Below, in pieces: positions 48,236 to 58,578 of a stretch of DNA of 64,000 nt. The notes beneath the pieces are model-generated. The model was not told the DNA's origin. It was given only the letters and a program-made list of their open reading frames with translations, and did no database searches. The DNA lies in assembly GCA_028826165.1 (NCBI GenBank), contig JAPDFW010000105.1, forward strand, positions 62,001 to 126,000, written 5' to 3'. Source of the stretch: Anaeramoeba ignava BMAN (taxonomy: Eukaryota > Protista > Anaeramoebae). Positions within the stretch are counted from its first letter, which is position 1, and each line of letters opens with the position of its first letter. Made by a program: the position numbers and the translations under genes.

Positions 48236-49348
48236 ATGGAAAAAATACCACAAATTGTAAGTCAAAGCGTATTAAAAGAATCAGCCGAACTTCCTGACGA
48301 CACGCCAACGATCCAAGGATATGATTTCAATGAAGGAATTGATTATAACCGCATCTTAGAAAGTTACAAAACAACAGGATTTCAAGCAACAAATTTTGGA
48401 CTAGCGGTTGAAGAAATCAACAAGATGATAACATGGAGATTATCTGACGAGAGTATCGAAGACGAAAAAGACGAGGATTACCTTGCGCCAGAAGTGCGAA
48501 AACGGACAAAATGCAAAATTTTTTTTGGATACACATCAAACCTAATTTCTTCTGGATTGCGCGAAGTAATCCGCTACTTGGTCCAGCACCGCATGGTGGA
48601 CGTCGTAGTCTCAACGGCGGGAGGAGTAGAGGAGGACATCATTAAGTGTCTTGGAAAGACGCGTCTTGGGGACTTTAAATTGAGTGGGAAAATATTGAGA
48701 GAAAAGGGGATCAACCGAATAGGGAACCTTCTTGTTCCCAATAAAAACTACTGTTTGTTTGAGGATTGGATCATGCCCATTTTAGATGAGATGTTGGATC
48801 AGCAAAAAGCAAAGGGGATCGTTTGGTCTCCTTCTTCTATGATCCGGTATTTTGGTGAGAAAATAAACGACGAGCAATCCGTTTTGTATTGGGCGTATAA
48901 GAATAACATACCCATTTTTTGCCCCGCGCTTACAGACGGCAGTATCGGTGATATGGTGTTCTTTCATTCGTATAAGAACCCGGGGTTGATTATTGATATT
49001 GCTCAGGATATTCGGAAGATCAATGATGAATCAGTTAGTGCCAAGAAATCGGGAATGATTATTTTAGGCGGCGGTTTGATTAAACACCATATTTGCAACG
49101 CCAATTTGATGAGAGATGGCGCTGATTTCTCTGTTTATATCAATACCGCCAATGAGTTCGATGGAAGTGATGCTGGTGCTTCTCCTGATGAGGCTATTTC
49201 TTGGGGTAAAATTAAACATACTGCTTCCCCAGTCAAAGTTTATGCTGATGCTTCTTTGGTTTTCCCCTTGATTGTTGCTCAGACTTTTGCTAAGCATGTG
49301 GATATTTTTAAATTGGATAATTTCCAAAATGATTCCAATAAGAACTGA
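48236..49348 (+). CDS. DHPS: Deoxyhypusine synthase, 370 aa, intronless
   Basis: Motifs [83 protein letters not shown] and [17 protein letters not shown] (catalytic Lys). Confidence 0.97.
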   Translation: MEKIPQIVSQSVLKESAELPDDTPTIQGYDFNEGIDYNRILESYKTTGFQATNFGLAVEEINKMITWRLSDESIEDEKDEDYLAPEVRKRTKCKIFFGYTSNLISSGLREVIRYLVQHRMVDVVVSTAGGVEEDIIKCLGKTRLGDFKLSGKILREKGINRIGNLLVPNKNYCLFEDWIMPILDEMLDQQKAKGIVWSPSSMIRYFGEKINDEQSVLYWAYKNNIPIFCPALTDGSIGDMVFFHSYKNPGLIIDIAQDIRKINDESVSAKKSGMIILGGGLIKHHICNANLMRDGADFSVYINTANEFDGSDAGASPDEAISWGKIKHTASPVKVYADASLVFPLIVAQTFAKHVDIFKLDNFQNDSNKN

Positions 49349-49361
49349 AGTTTATTTCAAA

Positions 49362-49480
49362 TTTACAATTTACAATTTACAATTTACAATTTACAATTTA
49401 CAATTTACAATTTACAATTTACAATTTACAATTTACAATTTACAATTTACAATTTACAATTTACAATTTACAATTTACAA
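49362..49480 (+). repeat. Perfect heptamer array (TTTACAA)17
   Basis: 119 nt, starting 13 nt after the DHPS stop. Confidence 0.95.
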
Positions 49481-50540
49481 TTTATAATTAAATTTAAAAT
49501 GAAATTTATCAAAGAATTTATCAAAGAATTTAAAATTAAATTTATCAAAGAATTTATAATTAAATTTATCAAAGAATTTATAATTAAATTTATAATGAAA
49601 TTTAAAATGAAATTTAAAATTAAATTTATCAAAGAATTTAAAATTAAATTTATCAAAGAATTTAAAATTAAATTTATAATTAAATTTATCAAAGAATTTA
49701 AAATTAAATTTATCAAAGAATTTATAATTAAATTTATAATCAAATTTAAAATGAAATTTAAAATTAAATTTATAATGAAATTTATAATGAAATTTATAAT
49801 TAAATTTATCAAAGAATTTATAATGAAATTTATCAAAGAATTTATAATTAAATTTATAATTAAATTTAAAATGAAATTTAAAATTAAATTTATAATGAAA
49901 TTTATAATGAAATTTATAATGAAATTTATAATTAAATTTATCAAAGAATTTAAAATGAAATTTATCAAAGAATTTATAATTAAATTTAAAATGAAATTTA
50001 AAAAGATTTAAAATGAAATTTATAATTAAATTTATAATTAAATTTATAATCAAATTTAAAATGAAATTTATCAAAAGAATTTATAATTAAATTTATCAAA
50101 GAATTTAAAATAAAATTTATCAAAAGAATTTATAATTAAATTTATAATTAAATTTAATAAAAGAATTTATAATTAAATTTATCAAAGAATTTATCAAAGA
50201 ATTTATAATTAAATTTAAAAATGAAATTTATAATTAAATTTATCAAAGAATTTATAATTAAATTTATCAAAAGAATTTATAATTAAATTTATCAAAGAAT
50301 TTATAATTAAATTTATCAAAGAATTTATAATTAAATTTAAAATGGAATTTAAAATTAAATTTATAATGAAATTTAAAATTAAATTTATCAAAGAATTTAT
50401 AATTAAATTTATCAAAGAATTTAAAATGAAATTTATCAAAGAATTTATAATTAAATTTATCAAAGAATTTATAATTAAATTTATAATTAAATTTAAAAAG
50501 ATTTAAAATGAAATTTATAATGAAATTTAAAAAGATTTAA
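49481..50540. repeat. Composite 12-mer satellite (TTTATAATTAAA, TTTATCAAAGAA, TTTAAAATGAAA, TTTAAAATTAAA, TTTATAATGAAA)
   Basis: Direct reading; lies between convergent DHPS and G-patch genes. Confidence 0.92.
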
Positions 50541-50708
50541 GATTTTTTTTTGTTATTCATATTTTAGATTGAATATATAAAATTATTCATAAATCAATTA
50601 TAATTAGAATCAAAAGAAAATTAAAAATTAAAACTTAAAATAAATCTGTTTTTATTTTTAAAAGAAAAAAAGAAGAAAAAAAAGGAGAAAAGAAACAAAT
50701 TTTAATTT

Positions 50709-51765
50709 TCATTTTCTATATTTATTATCATGATGTCTATGTTTATTATCATGACGTCTATGAGAATGATTATGATTATGATTTCTTTTTTGATTTTGAT
50801 TTTGATTTTTATTTTGATTTAAATTTTGATTTTGATTTTGATTTCTTTTTTGATTTTGATTTTGATTTTGATTTTGATTTTGATTTTTGATTTTGATTTT
50901 GATTTTGATTTTGATTTTGATTTTGATTTTGATTTTGATTTTGATTTTGATTTTGAATTTGATTTGATTTTGATTTTGATTTTGATTTCTTTTGATTTTG
51001 ATTTTGATTTTGATTTTGATTTTGATTTTGATTTTGATTTTGATTTTGATTTTGATTTTGATTTTGATTTTGATTTTGATTTTGATTTTGATTTTGATTT
51101 TGATTTTGATTTTGATTTTGGTTTTGATTTTGATTTTGATTTTGATTTTGAATTTCATTTTTAAATTCATCTTCATGCGGAATTTGAATCAATCCTTCAG
51201 GTAATTCTCCATTATTAAAAAAGGAACTTTTTCTTTTTTTAATTTTTGAAGGATCAGCACCCAAACCAGCTCTTCCCAGTTTCTGCTTGGGAATAATTGG
51301 TTCAACAAGTGCGCGATTAGATCTCCCTATAGAACCACCAGGACGCCAACCCATTCCTCGAAGAATTGCTAATCCAAAGGATTCAATTGGAATTTTTGAG
51401 TAAGCTTCCTGTGATGTTTCATCAGGAAGTCGCGATATTTCAAATTTCAATACTTCTTCTTCTTTTAAATTGTCAGGAATTGACTTCGCTTTTTCCATTA
51501 GCTCTGATAATGCTGATGTTGATTGGGGTTGTGGTTTGTCTTTATTGATATTTAATGAAGTGTCGTTTTGTTGATTTGATTTTTCTTTTGAATTTCCTTT
51601 TGTTTTTTTTAATGGAATTATTAACTCTTTTTCTTCTTCTTGTTTGTTTTCCGTTATAATTATTTTATTTCCAATTGATTTGATAATTTCTTTTGTATTT
51701 GACTCTTTTTTTTGTGTAATTTTTTTGTATTTTGAAGTTTTTGGTTTTTTAACAGAAATTTTCAT
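50709..51765 (-). CDS. G-patch protein, Spp2/GPKOW-like, with (QN)n tract; frameshifts in the repeat are probably homopolymer errors
   Basis: LPDETSQEAYSKIPIESFGLAILRGMGWRPGGSIG...GRAGLGA matches the Spp2/MOS2-type G-patch. ATG at 51765. The QN frame resumes to KRNHNHNHSHRRHDNKHRHHDNKYRK-stop. Confidence 0.75.
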
Positions 51766-51839
51766 TTTAAAAATTAAAAAGAAAAAAAGGAAAAAAATGA
51801 AAAAATTTTTTTTTAATTTTTTTTTAATTTTTTTTAAAA

Positions 51840-54800
51840 ATGAATAAAGAAAATTATTTTTTATTGTTTGATTCTTGTAAAAATGAAAATGAAAAATCAA
51901 TTGAAATTATTAAGTTATTAATTGAAAAAGGAATTTTTGTCAATTCAAGAAACATTAAACATGAAACAGCTTTACATTTTGCTTGTCAAAACCAAAAAAA
52001 CAAAAAAATTTTTCAAATCATCAAGTTTCTTGTTGAAAAAAATGCTGATATTAATGCAAAAAGCAAACCCGATAATGAAACACCTTTACATTTGGCTTGT
52101 CAATATCAAAATGAAGAAAATTCATTTGGAATCATCAAGTTATTGATTGAAAAAAAGGCTGAAATCAACGCAAAAACAAATGAATATCAAGAAACACCTT
52201 TGCATTTTGTTTGTTTTCATCAAAAACATAATAAATCATTTGAAATCATCAAGTTATTAATTGAAAATGGAGCTGATATCAATGCAAAAAATAAATACTA
52301 TCAAGAAACACCTTTGATTTTGGTTTGCCAATATCAACGGCACAACAAAACTTTTGATATCATCAAATTTCTTGTTGAAAATGGTGCTGATATCGGCACA
52401 CAAAATAGTTTGCAAGAAAATCCCTTGCATTTAATCTGCAGACACCAAAATCACCAAAATACTCCTTCAAATTATTAAATATCTTGTTGAAAATGGAATT
52501 GATATCGATTCAAAAACAAAAAACAACGAAACAGCTTTAAATTATGCTTGCCAAAATGAAAATAACCCAAATTTATTTGAAATAATCAATTATTTTATTG
52601 AAAATGGAGCTGGAATTAATGCCAAAAATAAGCATGATCAGGAATCATGTTTGCATCTGATTTGTAAATATCAAAAAAATCACAAAGATTCTTTCCGAAT
52701 AATCAAGCTATTGGTTGAAAATGGAATGGAAACCACCTCGAAAAATATCTTTCATCAAAATGCTTTGCACATAGCTTGCCAATACCAAGAAGATCAAGGA
52801 ATCGCATTCGAAATTATCAAATACTTGATTGAAAATGGAATAAAAATCAATCAAGTTGCAAATCAAAACGAAACTGCTTTACATATTGTTTGTAAAAATA
52901 AAAATATTTCATTTGAAATTATCAAATATCTTATTGAAAATGGAATTGATATCAACGCAAAAACACAAAGAGAGGAAACTGCTTTACATATTTCTTGCCA
53001 AAATTCAAATATTTCCATTCAAATTATTCAATATCTTATTAAAAATGGAATTGATATCAATTCAAAAACAATTGATAATGAAACTGCTTTACATTTTGCT
53101 TGCCAAAATAAAAAAATCCCAATGGAAATCATCAAAATATTGATTGAAAATCATGCAGATATAAATACAAAAAATACTGAGAATGAAACACCTTTACATT
53201 TAGTTTGTCAATATCAAGACAATGAAAACTCCTTTGAAATTGTCAAATATCTTATTGGAAATGGCGCAGTTGTTAATGCAAAAGCAGATATAGATGAAAC
53301 ATCTTTGCATTATGCTTCTAAATATCAAAGTAGTCAATACTCATTTGAAATTATCAAATTATTGATTGAAAACGGTGCAGATTTTAATGGCAAAACAGAT
53401 TACAAACAAACACCTCTGCATTATATCTGCCAAAACGAAAAAATTCAAATTCAACACTCTCTTCAAATCATCACCTATTTAATTGAAAAGGGAGCTAATA
53501 TTAACGCAAGAACAAAAGAAAGTCAAACAGCTTTACATTTCGCTTGTCAGAATAAAAATTTATCAATTGAAATTATTAAATTACTAATTGAAAAAGGAAT
53601 CGATATCAAAATCAAAACAAAATATAAGCAAGAAAGCATTTTGCACTATCTTTGTAAATCCCAAGTAAATCACAAAAATACTCTGAAGGCTATTGAATTG
53701 CTAATTGAAAATGGACTTAGTCTTAATTCCACAAATCGTCAAAATGAAACACCTTTCCACTTAATTTGCCAAAATAGAAACGAAAATTCGCTTCAAATCA
53801 CAAGATATTTCATCGAAAAAGGTGCTGATATTAATTTACTAACAAAAAACAAAGACACAGCTTTGCATTTGGTTTTGGAAGATCAAGAGAAAGATGATCT
53901 AACCCAAAAATATATCTTCCAATTCGCCAAAATTTTGATTCAAAACGGAGTAGATATTAACTTAAAAAATAATCAGGGTCTAACTCCTTTAAATTTTGCA
54001 ATAGAAGAAAAAAATCACGAAATAATCAAATTAATGATAATGAATGATGCAAATATTTTTGATTTGAAACAAAATCAAATTTCACAAGAAATTATTGAAT
54101 TTGGAATGAAAATTTATTCAATTAATCAAGATTTAAACAATTTATTATTAAAATCAAATGAAGATAATAATTTTTCAGATTTACAAATTCAATCAAATGA
54201 TGGTTTCAAATTTAATGTTCATAAATTAATTTTATTAACAAGATTTGATAATAACCAAACAAATTTAAATAAATTTATCAATATTTGTCAATTAAAAAAA
54301 ACAAAAGAAGAAGTTGAACTTTCATTAAATTTTCTTTATTCAGGATTTTATGATTTTGATAATTTTTATTCAATATTCCAATACATATTCAATTATCATT
54401 TCCAAATTTCAAAACTACAAACAGATTACGACCAAGATAAAATTCTTTGGAATGAATTTCAATCAAAATCTGAAGAAATAAAAGTATTAACCGAAATAAA
54501 ACAAGAATCAGGAAAAGCTATAGAAGGAATAAAAATGCATAAAATAATCAAATTATTTAAAGAAATTGGATTTGATTCAAAATGGATTGAAAATAAAAAA
54601 GGAAGAAAAGGAATAATAAAAGATTTATCAAAATTATATCAACAAAATGAAACAAAAGATTTTACAATAATTATTTCAAAAGAAAAAGAAATTAAAGTTC
54701 ATAAATTAATATTAATATTAAGAAGTGAATTATATAAAGGAATGTTTTTAAATGTTCAAGATTCATCAAATCAAGTTCATGATTATTCACAAAAATCATT

Positions 54801-54939
54801 TAAAACAATTCATCAATTAATTTATTTTCTTTATCATGATAAATTTGAATTTGAAAATGAAATTAATGAAGAATTTTCAGATTTAAAAGATTATTTTCAA
54901 TTAAATCAAAATTCAATAATTGATTTATTATTAAATTAA
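51840..54939 (+). CDS. Ankyrin-repeat/BTB-BTB gene copy 4 (divergent repeats); one apparent frameshift near 52465
   Basis: ORFs 51840-52478 and 52651-54939 join if one base is removed at aatactCcttcaaatt. Heterogeneous ETPLHxxC repeats; BTB tail near-identical to the other copies. Confidence 0.85.
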
Positions 54940-55083
54940 AATTAAAATTAAAAAATTAATTTAAAAAGGAAAAAAGCAAAAATATTTTCTAATTAAAAAA
55001 CTCACGATTCGAATTAAATTAATTTAAAAGAGGAAAAAAGCAAAAATATTTTTTTTCATTTTTTTTTTCATTTTTTTTTTAAA

Positions 55084-58000
55084 ATGAATTTAATTAAAAA
55101 AGCAATTAAAGAAAATAATAAAGAATATTTAAAACAAATTGAAAACATTTCAAAACAAGAAATTAGAAAAGAAAACAAATCAATTTTACATTTTGCAATT
55201 CAAAACAAAGTTTCAAAAGAAATAATTGAAATTTTAATTTCTAAAGGTTTAAATCCAAAATCTGTTGATGAATTAGGAAGAAATTCATTTCATATTGCAA
55301 TTATCAATAATTCAACAAAAGATATTCTTGAACTTTTACTTTCAAAAGGAATTAATATCAATTCAAAAACAATCGAAACAAAATTTCTTTCAATTTTTCA
55401 ATCTGGTTTAAAAGAAGTAATTCAATATATCATTAATAACAAAATTGATATTGATACAAAAGAATTTATCAAAGAAACCAAAATACAAATTCCATCAGAA
55501 TATCAAAATTCAATACTTGAACTAATAAAATATACATATTCACAAAATATCTATATTAATCCAAATATATTCATAAATAAAAATGCTTTACATATTGCTT
55601 GCTATAATGAAAATATTTCCATTCAAATTATTAAATATCTTATTGAAAATGAAATTGATATTAATTCAAAAACAGAATATAATGATGAAACTGCTTTACA
55701 TATTGAATGCAAAAAAGAAAATCCATCATTTGAAATTATTAAATATCTTATTGAAAATGGAATTGATATCAATTCAAAAACAGATGATAATGCAACTGCT
55801 TTACATATTGCTTGTGAAAATAAAAATGAAAATATTTCGATTCAAATTATTAAATATCTAATTGAAAATGGAATTGATATTAATTCAAAAACAGATGATA
55901 ATAATGAAACAGCTTTACATATTGAATGCAAAAAAGAAAATATTTCTATTGAAATTATTAAATATCTTATTGAAAATGGAATTGATATTAATTCAAAAAC
56001 AGATAATAATGAAACTGCTTTACATATTGCTTGTAAAAATGAAAATATTTCCATTCAAATTATTAAATATTTAATTGAAAATGGAATTGATATTAATTCA
56101 AAAACAAAAGATAATAATGAAACTGCTTTACATATTGAATACAAAAAAGAAAATCCATCATTTGAAATTATTAAATTATTAATTGAAAATGGAATTGATA
56201 TTAATTCAAAAACAAAAGATAATAATGAAACTGCTTTACATATTGAATGCAAAAAAGAAAATCCATCATTTGAAATTATTAAATATCTTATTGAAAATGG
56301 AATTGATATCAATTCAAAAACAAATAATAATAAAACTGCTTTACATATTGCTTGTGAAAATGAAAATAAAAATATTTCGATTCAAATTATTAAATATCTA
56401 ATTGAAAATGGAATTGATATTAATTCAAAAACATATAATAATGAAACTGCTTTACATATTGCTTGTAAAAATGAAAATATTTCGATTGAAATTATTAAAT
56501 ATCTTATTGAAAATGGAATTGATATCAATTCAAAAACAAAAGATAATAAAACAGCTTTACATATTGATTGTGAAAATAAAAATATTTCCATTGAAATTAT
56601 TAAATATCTAATTGAAAATGGAATTGATATTAATTCAAAAACAAATTATAATGAAACTGCTTTACATTTTGCTTGTAAAAATGAAAATATTTCAATTGAA
56701 ATTATTAAATATCTAATTGAAAATGGAATTGATATTAATTCAAAAACAAAATGGAATAATGAAACTGCTTTACATATTGAATGCAAAAAAGAAAATATTT
56801 CTATTGAAATTATTAAATATCTTATTGAAAATGGAATTGATATTAATTCAAAAACAGTTTATAATGAAACAGCTTTACATATTGCTTGTAGAAATAAAAA
56901 TATTTCCATTGAAATTATTAAATATCTTATTGAAAATGGAATTGATATTAATTCAAAAACAAAAGATAATGAAACTGCTTTACATATTGCTTGTAGAAAT
57001 GAAAATATTTCTATTCAAATTATTAAACTATTAATTGAAAAAGGAATTGATATTAATTCAAAAACAAAATATAATAATGAAACTGCTTTACATATTGCTT
57101 GTCAAAATTCAAATATTTCCATTGAAATTATTAAATATCTAATTGAAAATGGAATTGATATCAATTCAAAAACAAATAATAATAATAATAATAAAACTGC
57201 TTTACATATTGCTTGTGAAAATAAAAATATTTCCATTGAAATTATTAAATATCTTATTGAAAATGGAATTGATATTAATTCAAAAACAAATGATAATGAA
57301 ACAGCTTTACATATTGAATACAAAAAAGAAAATCCATCATTTGAAATTATTAAATTATTAATTGAAAATGGAATTGATATCAATTCAAAAATAAATAATA
57401 ATGATGAAACAGTTTTACATATTGAATGCAAAAAAGAAAATCCATCATTTGAAATTATTAAATTATTAATTGAAAAAGGAATTGATATTAATTCAAAAAC
57501 AAAATGGAATAATGAAACTGCTTTACATATTGAATGCGAAAAAGAAAATCCATCAATTGAAATTATTAAATATCTAATTGAAAAAGGAATTGATATCAAT
57601 TCAAAAACAAATAATAATAATGCAACTGCTCTTTCAATTTCAATCAGAAGAAACAATAGAGAATTAATCAAATTATTATTAATGAATGATGCAAATATTT
57701 TTGATTTGAAACAAAATCAAATTACAAAAGAAATTATTGAATTTGGAATGAAAATTTATTCAATTAATCAAGATTTAAACAATTTATTATTAAAATCAAA
57801 TGAAGATAATAATTTTTCAGATTTACAAATTCAATCAAATGATGGTTTCAAATTTAATGTTCATAAATTAATTTTATTAACAAGATTTGATAATAATGAA
57901 ACAAATTTAAACAAATTTATCAATATTTGTCAATCAAAAAAAACAAAAGAAGAAGTTGAACTTTCATTAAATTTTCTTTATTCAGGATTTTATGATTTTC

Positions 58001-58491
58001 AACAAATTTATCAAAAATTAAATTTAGAATATTTTAAAGATCAATCTAAACAAATATTATTATCAGAAATGAAAGAAAAAGAAAATAAAATAATCAAATT
58101 ATTTAAAGAAATTGGATTTGATTCAAATTGGATTGAAAATAAAAAAGGAAGAAAAGGAATAATAAAAGATTTATCAAAATTATATCAACAAAATGAAACA
58201 AAAGATTTTACAATAATTATTTCAAAAGAAAAAGAAATTAAAGTTCATAAATTAATATTAATATTAAGAAGTGAATTATATAAAGGAATGTTTTTAAATG
58301 TTCAAGATTCATCAAATCAAGTTCATGATTATTCAAAAAAATCATTTAAAACAATTCAACAATTAATTTATTTTCTTTATCATGATAAATTTGAATTTGA
58401 AAATGAAATTAATGAAGAATTTTCAGATTTAAAAGATTATTTTCAATTAAATCAAAATTCAATAATTGATTTATTATTAAATTCAAATTAA
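55084..58491 (+). CDS. Ankyrin-repeat/BTB-BTB gene copy 5, intact, 1135 aa, about 19 near-identical internal repeats
   Basis: Single ORF; BTB1 FSDLQIQSNDGFKFNVHKLILLTRF; BTB2 TKDFTIIISKEKEIKVHKLILILRSELYKGMF. Confidence 0.92.
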   Translation: MNLIKKAIKENNKEYLKQIENISKQEIRKENKSILHFAIQNKVSKEIIEILISKGLNPKSVDELGRNSFHIAIINNSTKDILELLLSKGININSKTIETKFLSIFQSGLKEVIQYIINNKIDIDTKEFIKETKIQIPSEYQNSILELIKYTYSQNIYINPNIFINKNALHIACYNENISIQIIKYLIENEIDINSKTEYNDETALHIECKKENPSFEIIKYLIENGIDINSKTDDNATALHIACENKNENISIQIIKYLIENGIDINSKTDDNNETALHIECKKENISIEIIKYLIENGIDINSKTDNNETALHIACKNENISIQIIKYLIENGIDINSKTKDNNETALHIEYKKENPSFEIIKLLIENGIDINSKTKDNNETALHIECKKENPSFEIIKYLIENGIDINSKTNNNKTALHIACENENKNISIQIIKYLIENGIDINSKTYNNETALHIACKNENISIEIIKYLIENGIDINSKTKDNKTALHIDCENKNISIEIIKYLIENGIDINSKTNYNETALHFACKNENISIEIIKYLIENGIDINSKTKWNNETALHIECKKENISIEIIKYLIENGIDINSKTVYNETALHIACRNKNISIEIIKYLIENGIDINSKTKDNETALHIACRNENISIQIIKLLIEKGIDINSKTKYNNETALHIACQNSNISIEIIKYLIENGIDINSKTNNNNNNKTALHIACENKNISIEIIKYLIENGIDINSKTNDNETALHIEYKKENPSFEIIKLLIENGIDINSKINNNDETVLHIECKKENPSFEIIKLLIEKGIDINSKTKWNNETALHIECEKENPSIEIIKYLIEKGIDINSKTNNNNATALSISIRRNNRELIKLLLMNDANIFDLKQNQITKEIIEFGMKIYSINQDLNNLLLKSNEDNNFSDLQIQSNDGFKFNVHKLILLTRFDNNETNLNKFINICQSKKTKEEVELSLNFLYSGFYDFQQIYQKLNLEYFKDQSKQILLSEMKEKENKIIKLFKEIGFDSNWIENKKGRKGIIKDLSKLYQQNETKDFTIIISKEKEIKVHKLILILRSELYKGMFLNVQDSSNQVHDYSKKSFKTIQQLIYFLYHDKFEFENEINEEFSDLKDYFQLNQNSIIDLLLNSN

Positions 58492-58578
58492 AATTAAAAA
58501 ATTAATTTAAAAAAATTAATTTGAAGAAAAAAGCAAAAATATTTTTTTTTCATTTTTTTTTTTCATTTTTTTTTTAAA

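Noticed and set aside
49362-49480. Interstitial telomere
   Set aside because: TTTACAA/TTGTAAA lacks the G-run typical of telomeric repeats, and nothing else here supports it.
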